Under the pieces are notes generated by a model that did not search any database, was not told where the DNA came from, and saw nothing but the letters and a program-made list of their open reading frames with translations. A program made the translations under genes and the position numbers. Of a stretch of 24,000 bases of DNA, positions 16,785-24,000 are shown piece after piece. The DNA comes from Saccharolobus islandicus Y.N.15.51 (lineage in GTDB: Archaea; Thermoproteota; Thermoprotei_A; Sulfolobales; Sulfolobaceae), in the NCBI RefSeq assembly GCF_000022485.1, contig NC_012623.1:2580674-2604673 (forward strand). The letters run 5' to 3'. The stretch's first letter is position 1; every line of letters starts with the position of its first letter.

Positions 16785-17470
16785 TAATAAAGACTGGAAA
16801 TGAAGATTTAGATAGAAGATTATCTGGTATACCATTCCCTGCACTGATTATGATTGAGGGAGATCATGGAACTGGTAAAAGCGTTCTATCTGCACAATTT
16901 TGTTATGGACTACTAATAGGTGGGAAAAAGGGTTATGTAATAACTACAGAACAAACTAGCAAAGATTATTTGAAAAAGATGAAAGATGTAAAGATAAATC
17001 TGATACCATTTTTCTTAAAAGGTGTCTTGGGAATTGCCCCTTTAAATACGAATAGATTTAATTGGAATTCGACATTAGCGAATAAAATACTTGAAGTTAT
17101 CATAGACTTTATAAAAAAGAGGAAGAACATGGACTTCGTTATTATTGATAGTTTGTCAATAGTAGCAACGTTCGCAGAAATAAAACAAATCTTACAATTT
17201 ATGAAAGATGCTAGAGTGTTAGTTGATCTAGGAAAGCTTATATTATTTACCGTCCACCCAGATGTGTTTAATGAGGAACTAAAGAGTAGAATCACAAGTA
17301 TAGTTGACGTTTATTTTAAACTTTCTGCAACAAGCATAGGGGGAAGAAGAATAAAGGTCCTAGAGAGAATTAAAACAATAGGTGGTATACAAGGAGCTGA
17401 TGCTATTTCATTTGATATAGATCCTGCTCTAGGAGTTAAAGTCGTACCACTCTCCCTATCGAGGGCTTAA
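16781..17470 (+). CDS. arlH: Archaellum RecA/KaiC-like ATP-binding protein ArlH (FlaH)
   Basis: Walker A GDHGTGKS is present. The track ORF starts at the ATG at 16766. The GTG at 16781 forms a GTGA start/stop overlap with arlF and gives [14 protein letters not shown], which matches the usual ArlH N-terminus. Confidence 0.88.
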   Translation: MIIKTGNEDLDRRLSGIPFPALIMIEGDHGTGKSVLSAQFCYGLLIGGKKGYVITTEQTSKDYLKKMKDVKINLIPFFLKGVLGIAPLNTNRFNWNSTLANKILEVIIDFIKKRKNMDFVIIDSLSIVATFAEIKQILQFMKDARVLVDLGKLILFTVHPDVFNEELKSRITSIVDVYFKLSATSIGGRRIKVLERIKTIGGIQGADAISFDIDPALGVKVVPLSLSRA

Positions 17471-17472
17471 CC

Positions 17473-19014
17473 ATGAGCTTCATAGAAGATTACTTATCTA
17501 GATTCACGGAAAAACCAGTAATTATCGATGACCCAAATAAACTGAAAGGTAGTAAGAATTATAATGCAATTTATAAGGTCGATAAATATATTTACATCCA
17601 TGTTCAGAGTACAAAGGCAGAAGATGGTTATAACCAATATACAGTGATTGAACCACCAAGACCAAAACCTAAAGAAATAGAAGAAATAGAAGAGAAATTC
17701 GCAAAAGCCATTAGTAATGTGGAACCACCAATTGCTGTTGAAGAAAAGGAGATACTTATGCGGAAAGCTTTAGATAAAATACTAAGCAAGATAAGAATAT
17801 CCGTACCAAAGGAATACGCAATATATCATTTTATAAGAGATAAATTGTATTTAAGCATATTAGAACCGTTAATTAGGGATCCATTTATCGAGGATATATC
17901 GATTCCAGGCTTAGGTCACATTTACATTATGCATAAGGTATTTGGTCCTATGAGAACCTCATTGTTAATCGAGAACGAAGAGGAACTTGATAATCTAATT
18001 ATTTCTTTAAGTGAGAAAACATATAGACCAGTATCTCATAACAGACCAATAATTGATGCAAGCTTACCAGATGGATCAAGAGTAAACTTCGTTTATGGAA
18101 TTGATATAAGTAGAAGAGGTTCTAATTTGACTGTAAGAAAATTCAGTAAAATACCAATTAGTGTAACTCAATTGATCTCATTCGGTACCTTGTCCCCACT
18201 TCTAGCAGCGTATATATGGATGATGTTAGACGAGGGTATGAACTTGTTCGTATGTGGAGAGACTGCATCCGGAAAAACAACTACACTTAATGCAATTACC
18301 GCTTTCATTCCTCCTAATTTAAAAATAGTAACAATAGAAGATACACCGGAACTTACGGTACCTCATTCAAATTGGGTAGCAGAAGTGACTAGAGAAACAG
18401 GCGGTGAGGGAAGTGTAAAGTTATTCGACTTACTTAAAGCCGCTTTAAGGCAAAGACCTAATTATATTCTAGTCGGAGAAATTAGAGATAGAGAAGGTAA
18501 TGTAGCATTCCAAGCAATGCAAACTGGACATTCAGTTATGGCTACCTTTCATGCAGCAAATATAAGAACACTTGTTCAAAGGCTTACTGGTTATCCTATA
18601 GAAGTACCTAAAAGTTATATTAATAACCTTAACATAGCACTATTTCAGACTGCATTATATGATAAAAAGGGCAATTTGATAAGAAGAGTAGTGGAAGTTG
18701 ATGAAATAATAGATATAGATCCTGTTACTAATGACGTAGTCTATATACCAGCATTTACATATGATCCTGCAGAAGATAAGATAATTTTTGCTGGAAGAGG
18801 AGCTTCTTATCTTGTAGAAAATAAGGTTGCAATTAAAAGAGGAATCGAACGTAAAAATATAGGAATTCTTTATGACGAATTAAACTTAAGAGCTGAGTTT
18901 CTAAAAATACTTATAAGTAAAAAAATTTTTAATTATTTTGACGTATGGAATCAAATATTAAGGACTAGACAATTTGGTATAGAAGAGGAGATAAGATATG
19001 CCAAGAATATTTAG
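17473..19014 (+). CDS. arlI: Archaellum assembly/motor ATPase ArlI (FlaI), type II/IV secretion ATPase superfamily
   Basis: 513 aa with Walker [10 protein letters not shown], Walker B/Asp box ..[12 protein letters not shown] and a His box [11 protein letters not shown]. Confidence 0.95.
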   Translation: MSFIEDYLSRFTEKPVIIDDPNKLKGSKNYNAIYKVDKYIYIHVQSTKAEDGYNQYTVIEPPRPKPKEIEEIEEKFAKAISNVEPPIAVEEKEILMRKALDKILSKIRISVPKEYAIYHFIRDKLYLSILEPLIRDPFIEDISIPGLGHIYIMHKVFGPMRTSLLIENEEELDNLIISLSEKTYRPVSHNRPIIDASLPDGSRVNFVYGIDISRRGSNLTVRKFSKIPISVTQLISFGTLSPLLAAYIWMMLDEGMNLFVCGETASGKTTTLNAITAFIPPNLKIVTIEDTPELTVPHSNWVAEVTRETGGEGSVKLFDLLKAALRQRPNYILVGEIRDREGNVAFQAMQTGHSVMATFHAANIRTLVQRLTGYPIEVPKSYINNLNIALFQTALYDKKGNLIRRVVEVDEIIDIDPVTNDVVYIPAFTYDPAEDKIIFAGRGASYLVENKVAIKRGIERKNIGILYDELNLRAEFLKILISKKIFNYFDVWNQILRTRQFGIEEEIRYAKNI

Positions 19015-20419
19015 TATAAAAAATGAAGTAGACTCTAAATATATTTTTATGTTAGCTTTTATGCTTGCGTTATTTTCCTCGGGGGTGCCTCCAGAAATCG
19101 TTATATTGCATTTAAGTAGGGAGGACACCTTTGAACCATATACCAAAGTTTTCAAAAAAATAAGAAATTTAGTTTCTGGGTATAGATATAAATTCTCATC
19201 TGCAATAACCTACAGCATAAAGAACCTCAACATTAGATACTTGAAAGAATTCTTAATAAGATTATCACAAGCAGTAAATTTTGGTGATGACATGATAGAG
19301 TCCTTGTCAAGAGAAATTGATTTTACATTATCTGAATACAATGCTTATTCTGCTAGGTTAATAGAATCAATGAATAATTTTCTTACAATCTATGCTACAT
19401 TAAATAGCTCCCTTACCTTTTTAGTAGCTGACATTACAATTTTATCATTAATTTATAGTGGAGGAACTACTCTAATAACACAGCTTACTATCTTATCCTT
19501 AGCACTTCTAGGAAATTTAACATTAGTTATGTATCTCTTATATAGACCAGAAAATTACATTAGGTACAACGTTATAGATAAACTTCTTCTGACATTAGCA
19601 ATATCTCTTTCAATAATATTTTCAATAATATATACTTCATATATAGTTTTAATGGTAACTGGTATAGTTCTATTAGGAGTTGGTCTTAGGTATAGAATAT
19701 ATGAAAATAAGATTAATAGAATAGAGAGGCATTTCTTACTTTTTATTAGGTACTTTTCGAGAAATTATGCGATAGTAAGCAACTTAAAAGAGTCTCTGAT
19801 GGCAGTACTAAGGGGGGATTTAGGAGACGTAAAACCTTTAATCAAAAGATCGCTAAATAGATTAAACTTCGGCATCAATAAGGAAAAAATATTTAGATTG
19901 ATAGGAGATGAAAGCGGAAGCGTATTGGTGAGCATATTAAGCAAAGTACTATATGAAACGATAAGTATGGGAGGAAATGTCATGATAATTGGAGAGATTC
20001 TAAGTAAGATAGGTGATTCGGTTCTGAACATAAGATCTAGAAAAGAGCAAAATGGAAGAGCTTTTGAAACATCAATATATGCACTGCAAACAGCTTCAGC
20101 AGGGGTATCTGCTGCACTAATATCGATAGTTGGTATGCTAAATAATATATTTTCAACCCAGAACGTATCTACAGTATTTAGTTTCTCTGAAGTTAATATT
20201 GATATGATATCACGAATATTTCTAATTATATTATTAATATTGAGCTTCACTAATGGAATTGCGATTACATTGGCATATGGCAAATCGCTTTATGTTAGTC
20301 TATATTTTATTGGAATACTGATAATATTAAGCTCAATAAGCTATCATATAGTTCTCATATTAACCGGAAACATATTTAAGGAGTTGGTATCGCCATCGGG
20401 TTTATTACAAACAACTTGA
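18998..20419 (+). CDS. arlJ: Archaellum polytopic membrane platform protein ArlJ (FlaJ)
   Basis: 473 aa with multiple TM segments and two cytoplasmic T2SS-F-like domains. It overlaps arlI by 17 nt and is the last gene of the cluster. Confidence 0.9.
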   Translation: MPRIFSIKNEVDSKYIFMLAFMLALFSSGVPPEIVILHLSREDTFEPYTKVFKKIRNLVSGYRYKFSSAITYSIKNLNIRYLKEFLIRLSQAVNFGDDMIESLSREIDFTLSEYNAYSARLIESMNNFLTIYATLNSSLTFLVADITILSLIYSGGTTLITQLTILSLALLGNLTLVMYLLYRPENYIRYNVIDKLLLTLAISLSIIFSIIYTSYIVLMVTGIVLLGVGLRYRIYENKINRIERHFLLFIRYFSRNYAIVSNLKESLMAVLRGDLGDVKPLIKRSLNRLNFGINKEKIFRLIGDESGSVLVSILSKVLYETISMGGNVMIIGEILSKIGDSVLNIRSRKEQNGRAFETSIYALQTASAGVSAALISIVGMLNNIFSTQNVSTVFSFSEVNIDMISRIFLIILLILSFTNGIAITLAYGKSLYVSLYFIGILIILSSISYHIVLILTGNIFKELVSPSGLLQTT

Positions 20420-20718
20420 CGGATCGGTATTAACCATATCATATATTTACCTAAAATTACTTTAATGATACCGAATATTACGCCAGTTATGCTTTATAAT
20501 AAGTGTACAAGTCATTAGCTGCATTGTAATCAGAGAGTTATATATTTCACAATGAGAATTATTTAATTTCAGGTAGATACCTGATAAAGAAACATTCTAA
20601 GATTGATTTATCCAAAATGTATTTTCATTGCAATACAATCTATAAAGTTCTTTAGTTATAGCAGCAATTAATACAGTATTAGAGACTATAACACTATGTC
20701 AATTTTTTTAGATATCCC

Positions 20719-21618
20719 CTAATGAACTTTTCTTCTAAAAACTAAACCTTTTTGAGTTATATTATACTCGATATTCTCTAACCCTAGGAGTATTGACCTC
20801 ACAACAACGGAATTTAGCAACATATTAGCTGGTATTAAATCTTGCTTTAACTTAACCACAATTTCCTCCACTGTAAACTCACTGTTTGACAGTAGATCTA
20901 GGATTTTTCCTATTAACTTTTGAGCATAAGTAATATTACTCTCTAAAATCGAGACCATTTTATTCTTGTTAGTGTAAACTGGACCATGACTTATTACTAT
21001 GTTATCAACACTCTTTGCCAATTCTTTAACTTTATCCAACGATTCTAGAGCAGTCCAGAAATCAGTATAAAAGGGAACTGAGAAACTCTCTAGTACTTTC
21101 TCACCAAAAAACGCATCTCCCGCATATAGAACATTATGAACAATATAACCGCTATGACCTGGTGTATGTCCTGGCAATTTTACCACTTCAATCTCTGAAT
21201 TTCGAATCTCATTATTCAAAGAATCGAGATTCTCTTTTACGTAATCAAATATGAAGATTTCGGAATCCTTCGAACTACATCCATAAATCATTGCTCTTCT
21301 TCCCATTAGAGTTAATGACCAATAGTCCTCCTTAGGGAGATATCTTATTTTAGCATCCTTCTTCAATAAACCAGCTATATGATCGGCATGGCCATGAGTA
21401 GCTAATTGAACTTCAGCATTCAGATCTAGGGAGGAGTTCTTTCCTCCCAGATCTATCACAACTCTATTATCGTAAATCAACGTATTTGGACTCCCAGTCA
21501 TAACCGTAATGTTCTTTGTGAGTTTCACAGTTGGCATAACTTGACTAACGAAGTCTGTGATATTTAACTTTTCGCAAAAGATTAATACATGCGTTTGTAT
21601 ATTAATCAAATATGTCAA
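20719..21618 (-). CDS. MBL-fold metallo-hydrolase with a C-terminal helical (wHTH-like) extension; probable start is the ATG at 21537
   Basis: The metallo-beta-lactamase motifs are THGHADH (HxHxDH), PGHTPGH, AGDAFF and SHGP. The first 27 codons of the track ORF overlap the divergent radical SAM gene and look non-coding. MPTVKLTK at 21537 is the more plausible start. Confidence 0.85.
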   Translation of the reverse strand: MTYLINIQTHVLIFCEKLNITDFVSQVMPTVKLTKNITVMTGSPNTLIYDNRVVIDLGGKNSSLDLNAEVQLATHGHADHIAGLLKKDAKIRYLPKEDYWSLTLMGRRAMIYGCSSKDSEIFIFDYVKENLDSLNNEIRNSEIEVVKLPGHTPGHSGYIVHNVLYAGDAFFGEKVLESFSVPFYTDFWTALESLDKVKELAKSVDNIVISHGPVYTNKNKMVSILESNITYAQKLIGKILDLLSNSEFTVEEIVVKLKQDLIPANMLLNSVVVRSILLGLENIEYNITQKGLVFRRKVH

Positions 21619-22646
21619 CTTTAAAACCTATGATAGTAGGCAACGTGAAAAGGGCACTTCTGGGGGTTGGAGTTAGAAAATTACCTCTGATTGCAGGGCA
21701 CAAGTTGTTATATACGTGCAACTTAAGATGCAGAATGTGCCCTTTTTGGAGAAGGAAAGACGAAAAATTACTATCTTTAGAAGAAGAGGTTTTAATGTTG
21801 AAATCATTAGAAAGAGCGGGAGTTCTTTTCATGGGGTTTGAGGGTGGAGAACCGTTACTGAGAAGAGATTTAGAGCAAATATTAGAGGAGTCTTACAAGA
21901 GATTCTATACTTCATTAGTTACAAATGGATGGCTCCTTAAAGATAGGGTCAAGAGTATAAGTGAAAATCTAGATTACTTATTTGTATCTATAGATGGAAT
22001 AGACGAAGTACATGATAAAATTAGGGGAATTTCAGGCGCCTTTGAAAGGGCTGTAGAAGGTATAAAAGAGGCTAGGAAGTACTTACCAGTAGCGATTAGC
22101 TTTACAATAACTAGAGAAAATATGGATCAAGTTAAGGATGTAATTGAGCTTGCACGAAAACTTAATGTTAATATTAGTATACAAGTTGAGTACGACTATT
22201 CTACCGCTGAGAAATTAAGTCCGGATAAGAGGAGACTTTACGATACATTAAGGCTAATAATTGAGCTTAAGAAGAGGGGCTATCCCATAGTTGAATCTGT
22301 AGATTACTTTGAGGCAATAGTTAACTCATGGTATAATAAGATGCCATGGAAATGCAAACCTTGGTTGACCATTAATATTGACCCACAAGGTAGAATCATA
22401 CTCCCTTGCTACGTGCTAAATGAGTATAGTGGAACTGATAAAGCCTGGGAGGTTAATATAGTTAAATTATGGAATACTTATCCTTGGGAGAAATATGAGA
22501 ATTGTAACGCTTGTGCTCTTGCTTGTTATTTAGAGCCTTCACTGTTTAGCTGGTCAAATGGAAAAATGGTAAAAGAGAAAATAATAGATAACATGGCAAG
22601 CTATCTTTATAACGCTATTCCTGTCAAATTTTTATTATCAAGATAA
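21612..22646 (+). CDS. Radical SAM enzyme with a SPASM/twitch-like C-terminal cysteine domain
   Basis: - The radical SAM cluster motif CNLRCRMC (CxxxCxxC) sits near the N-terminus, with GGEPLL as the SAM-binding motif.
- The C-terminal auxiliary-cluster-like cysteines are CKPWLTINIDPQGRIILPC (C-x12-G-x5-C) and CNACALAC (CxxCxxxC). Confidence 0.85.
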   Translation: MSTLKPMIVGNVKRALLGVGVRKLPLIAGHKLLYTCNLRCRMCPFWRRKDEKLLSLEEEVLMLKSLERAGVLFMGFEGGEPLLRRDLEQILEESYKRFYTSLVTNGWLLKDRVKSISENLDYLFVSIDGIDEVHDKIRGISGAFERAVEGIKEARKYLPVAISFTITRENMDQVKDVIELARKLNVNISIQVEYDYSTAEKLSPDKRRLYDTLRLIIELKKRGYPIVESVDYFEAIVNSWYNKMPWKCKPWLTINIDPQGRIILPCYVLNEYSGTDKAWEVNIVKLWNTYPWEKYENCNACALACYLEPSLFSWSNGKMVKEKIIDNMASYLYNAIPVKFLLSR

Positions 22647-22663
22647 ACAATATATATTAAAAA

Positions 22664-22828
22664 ATGTTCTGCTATAGGTTAGTAGTAGTAGACGATAGGT
22701 ACTTCATGTATATTTACGATGGAGATAAGATAATCGGATTAATACCATTAGACAAAAACCAGTCCACTTCCATGGATAAAGTAAAACAATACGAGGAGAG
22801 ATTTGGATGGAAGCAGTGTGTTAATTAA
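22664..22828 (+). CDS. Unannotated 54-codon ORF immediately downstream of the radical SAM gene (hypothetical small protein or peptide)
   Basis: Hand translation gives MFCYRLVVVDDRYFMYIYDGDKIIGLIPLDKNQSTSMDKVKQYEERFGWKQCVN*. The ORF starts 17 nt after the radical SAM stop, is below the 60-aa track threshold, and has AT-rich TATA-like sequence about 27-35 nt upstream. I recognise no homology. Confidence 0.3.
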   Translation: MFCYRLVVVDDRYFMYIYDGDKIIGLIPLDKNQSTSMDKVKQYEERFGWKQCVN

Positions 22829-23382
22829 CTTCCAGTATTAGAAGCTTTACGTTATAAATTGATAAGTAATAATCTACTATAAATATAGTAGCTTAACCAC
22901 TGTCAAAAAACTGGTCTTGAGTACATTAACAAACCTCATTTGAATTAAGACCGATGATCACTAAAGATATTTAGATAAATACGTTGATGAAACACTATAT
23001 ATAATGAATACGTATACCAAACTAGGTCATCGCAAGTTCAGATTGATATAGCTTACAGTAATCTATTCGTAATATTTCTTGGTGTTTTCTGGATATTATG
23101 TACTAAATTTTGATTTATAATCTATTTTTATATAATATATTGGATTATTCGTGCTAATAACTTGAATTTCAATTGACTTTATAAACAAGGATAACAACTA
23201 CCAGGTCTATCCAATTATCACTCTATTTTGAATTAGGTCCTCGTCATCCATTTTTCTCCTTATAACGGTAGATATCACTTATTAACGTGATAAGGATAAA
23301 GTTCTATGCGTTAACTCCCATATTAGAATTGACTAAGGTTGTAAAATATTATCTGGTTGGAACCTTGAGGTAGTTATGAACG

Positions 23383-23391
23383 CGTATATTA
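23383..23391. repeat. Left copy of the 9-bp target-site duplication (cgtatatta) of the MITE
   Basis: It is identical to 23521-23529. Confidence 0.8.
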
Positions 23392-23520
23392 TGCTTTGTG
23401 AATTAGTTCAATTTTTATCTGAGTTAACGTGGAACTTACTTTTAAATCGACGTTCGATTTTAAATTTAAGAAAAATTGATGAGCTTAACATCTTAGAAAA
23501 TTGAAGTATTCAACAAAGCA
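23392..23520. mobile_element. 129-bp MITE with ISC1058-type termini (SM3-like non-autonomous element)
   Basis: It starts tgctttgtgaattagttcaa and ends ttgaagtattcaacaaagca, which are inverted repeats sharing the tgctttgt terminus of the ISC1058-like elements. It has no coding capacity and is flanked by a perfect 9-bp direct repeat, cgtatatta. Confidence 0.8.
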
Positions 23521-23529
23521 CGTATATTA
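23521..23529. repeat. Right copy of the MITE 9-bp duplication; also the only spacer between the MITE and IS copy 2
   Basis: cgtatatta is followed directly by the IS terminal repeat at 23530. Confidence 0.8.
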
Positions 23530-24000
23530 TGCTTTGTGGGCTACTTCAGAATTATACAAAAATTTATAAATAATTATACCGAGTATTACCCATGGGAAAG
23601 AGTAAGTACAAGAGGGATTGGCACAAGTACGACGAGAACGTTATAACGAGATATACCCTAATGTTCCCCTTCTACGTCTTCGAACACTGGTTTACTAGCA
23701 GAGGAGAATAGGCATGCCAAGAAAACCTACAAGGCACCAAAGGAGTTCAACGAATTCCTCCTCCACATCTTCCTACCTTATATAGAAGGAGTATTGAGAG
23801 CACTAGAAAGACTGAAAATCATCAAGCCTAGACTACTCAACAATATGGGAAAGAGTAAGAAACATGGACATAAAATTCCCAGAGGCAAATGACCAACTAG
23901 AAGCAGACGCAACGGGAATAAGCACAAACAAAGGAGGACAATACATTATAGCAAAATGGGGAAAAACCAAGGACTCAAAATTCCTCAAGATCGAAATAGT
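23530..24000 (+). mobile_element. ISC1058-like IS5-family element, copy 2, degenerate and continuing beyond the window
   Basis: Its left end, tgctttgtgggctacttcagaattatacaaaaatttataaataattataccgagtattac, is nearly identical to the reverse complement of 13540-13600. It is oriented opposite to copy 1. Confidence 0.85.
23592..24000 (+). pseudogene. ISC1058-like transposase, copy 2, disrupted by multiple small deletions
   Basis: It reads MGKSKYKRDWHKYDENVITRYTLMFPFYVFEHW and then loses 5 nt relative to copy 1, giving a premature TAG at about 23708. Further 5-6-nt deletions relative to copy 1 follow. It retains the 7 nt that copy 1 lacks near 23950. Confidence 0.8.

Noticed and set aside
16966-20283. 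Minus-strand ORFs 16966-17295, 18958-19155 and 19765-20283
   Set aside because: They are antisense to arlH, arlI and arlJ. The AT-rich coding DNA leaves long open antisense frames, and they have no motifs.
20420-20718. The convergent intergenic region after arlJ, as a possible RNA gene or terminator hairpin (tcggtat ... ataccga, 7-bp arms)
   Set aside because: The arms are short and about 40 nt apart, and there are no conserved RNA motifs. The T7 run at about 20704-20710 is too far from arlJ to call. The evidence is insufficient.
21602-21832. 76-aa minus-strand ORF, and the first 27 codons of the MBL track ORF (21538-21618)
   Set aside because: They overlap the 5' end of the radical SAM gene. 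The MBL protein has a more plausible start at 21537, which leaves a normal divergent promoter spacer.
22985-23050. Possible C/D-box sRNA (TGATGA at 22985-22990)
   Set aside because: There is no properly spaced D/D' CTGA boxes or C' box, and no terminal stem. A single TGATGA hexamer is expected by chance.
23377-23502. 41-codon plus-strand ORF starting at the ATG at 23377
   Set aside because: It runs through the MITE and its inverted repeats. It is a by-product of the insertion and has no coding features.
9933-23529. A simple inversion between the two ISC1058-like copies as the full explanation for copy 1 lacking a target duplication
   Set aside because: Such an inversion predicts that copy 1's outer flank (tctctgcag) equals the reverse complement of copy 2's inner flank (cgtatatta gives taatatacg). 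It does not. The other predicted match lies outside the window, so at least one further event or another IS copy must be involved.

Overview
This is a chromosomal window from a Sulfolobales crenarchaeon, most like Saccharolobus/Sulfolobus islandicus or solfataricus. The evidence is an SsoPox/SisLac-type lactonase, ISC-type insertion sequences and a crenarchaeal arlX-type archaellum operon. Layout, left to right:

- **1-3435:** a lipid/lactone module made of an HSL-family esterase (partial), a phosphotriesterase-like lactonase and an acyl-CoA synthetase.
- **3492-7022:** a decaying glycerol module. The CoxG-like protein and FAD glycerol-3-phosphate dehydrogenase are intact. glpK is cut to its N-terminal ~190 codons and fused to a badly decayed MFS transporter pseudogene.
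- **7074-9380:** an operon of PadR regulator, ABC ATPase and ABC-2 permease.
- **9746-13600:** an IS graveyard. A truncated archaeal ATPase gene abuts an ISC1058-like IS5-family element. That element is split by an IS110-family element, which is itself split exactly at its start codon by an IS1-family element.
- **14075-20419:** a complete seven-gene archaellum operon, arlB-X-G-F-H-I-J.
- **20719-22828:** a divergent MBL-fold hydrolase and radical SAM (SPASM/twitch-like) pair, followed by an untracked 54-codon ORF.
- **22829-24000:** about 550 bp of non-coding AT-rich DNA, a 129-bp MITE with a 9-bp target duplication, and a second, heavily deleted ISC1058-like copy running off the window.

I saw no rRNA, tRNA or CRISPR array. 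The most interesting items are the structured 5' non-coding arm of the archaeal IS110 element (a candidate bridge RNA, uncoupled from its recombinase by the IS1 insertion), the radical SAM/SPASM + MBL + small-ORF cluster, and the exactly resolvable nested-IS/MITE architecture bracketing the archaellum locus. All homology statements come from motif recognition by eye; no database search was run.
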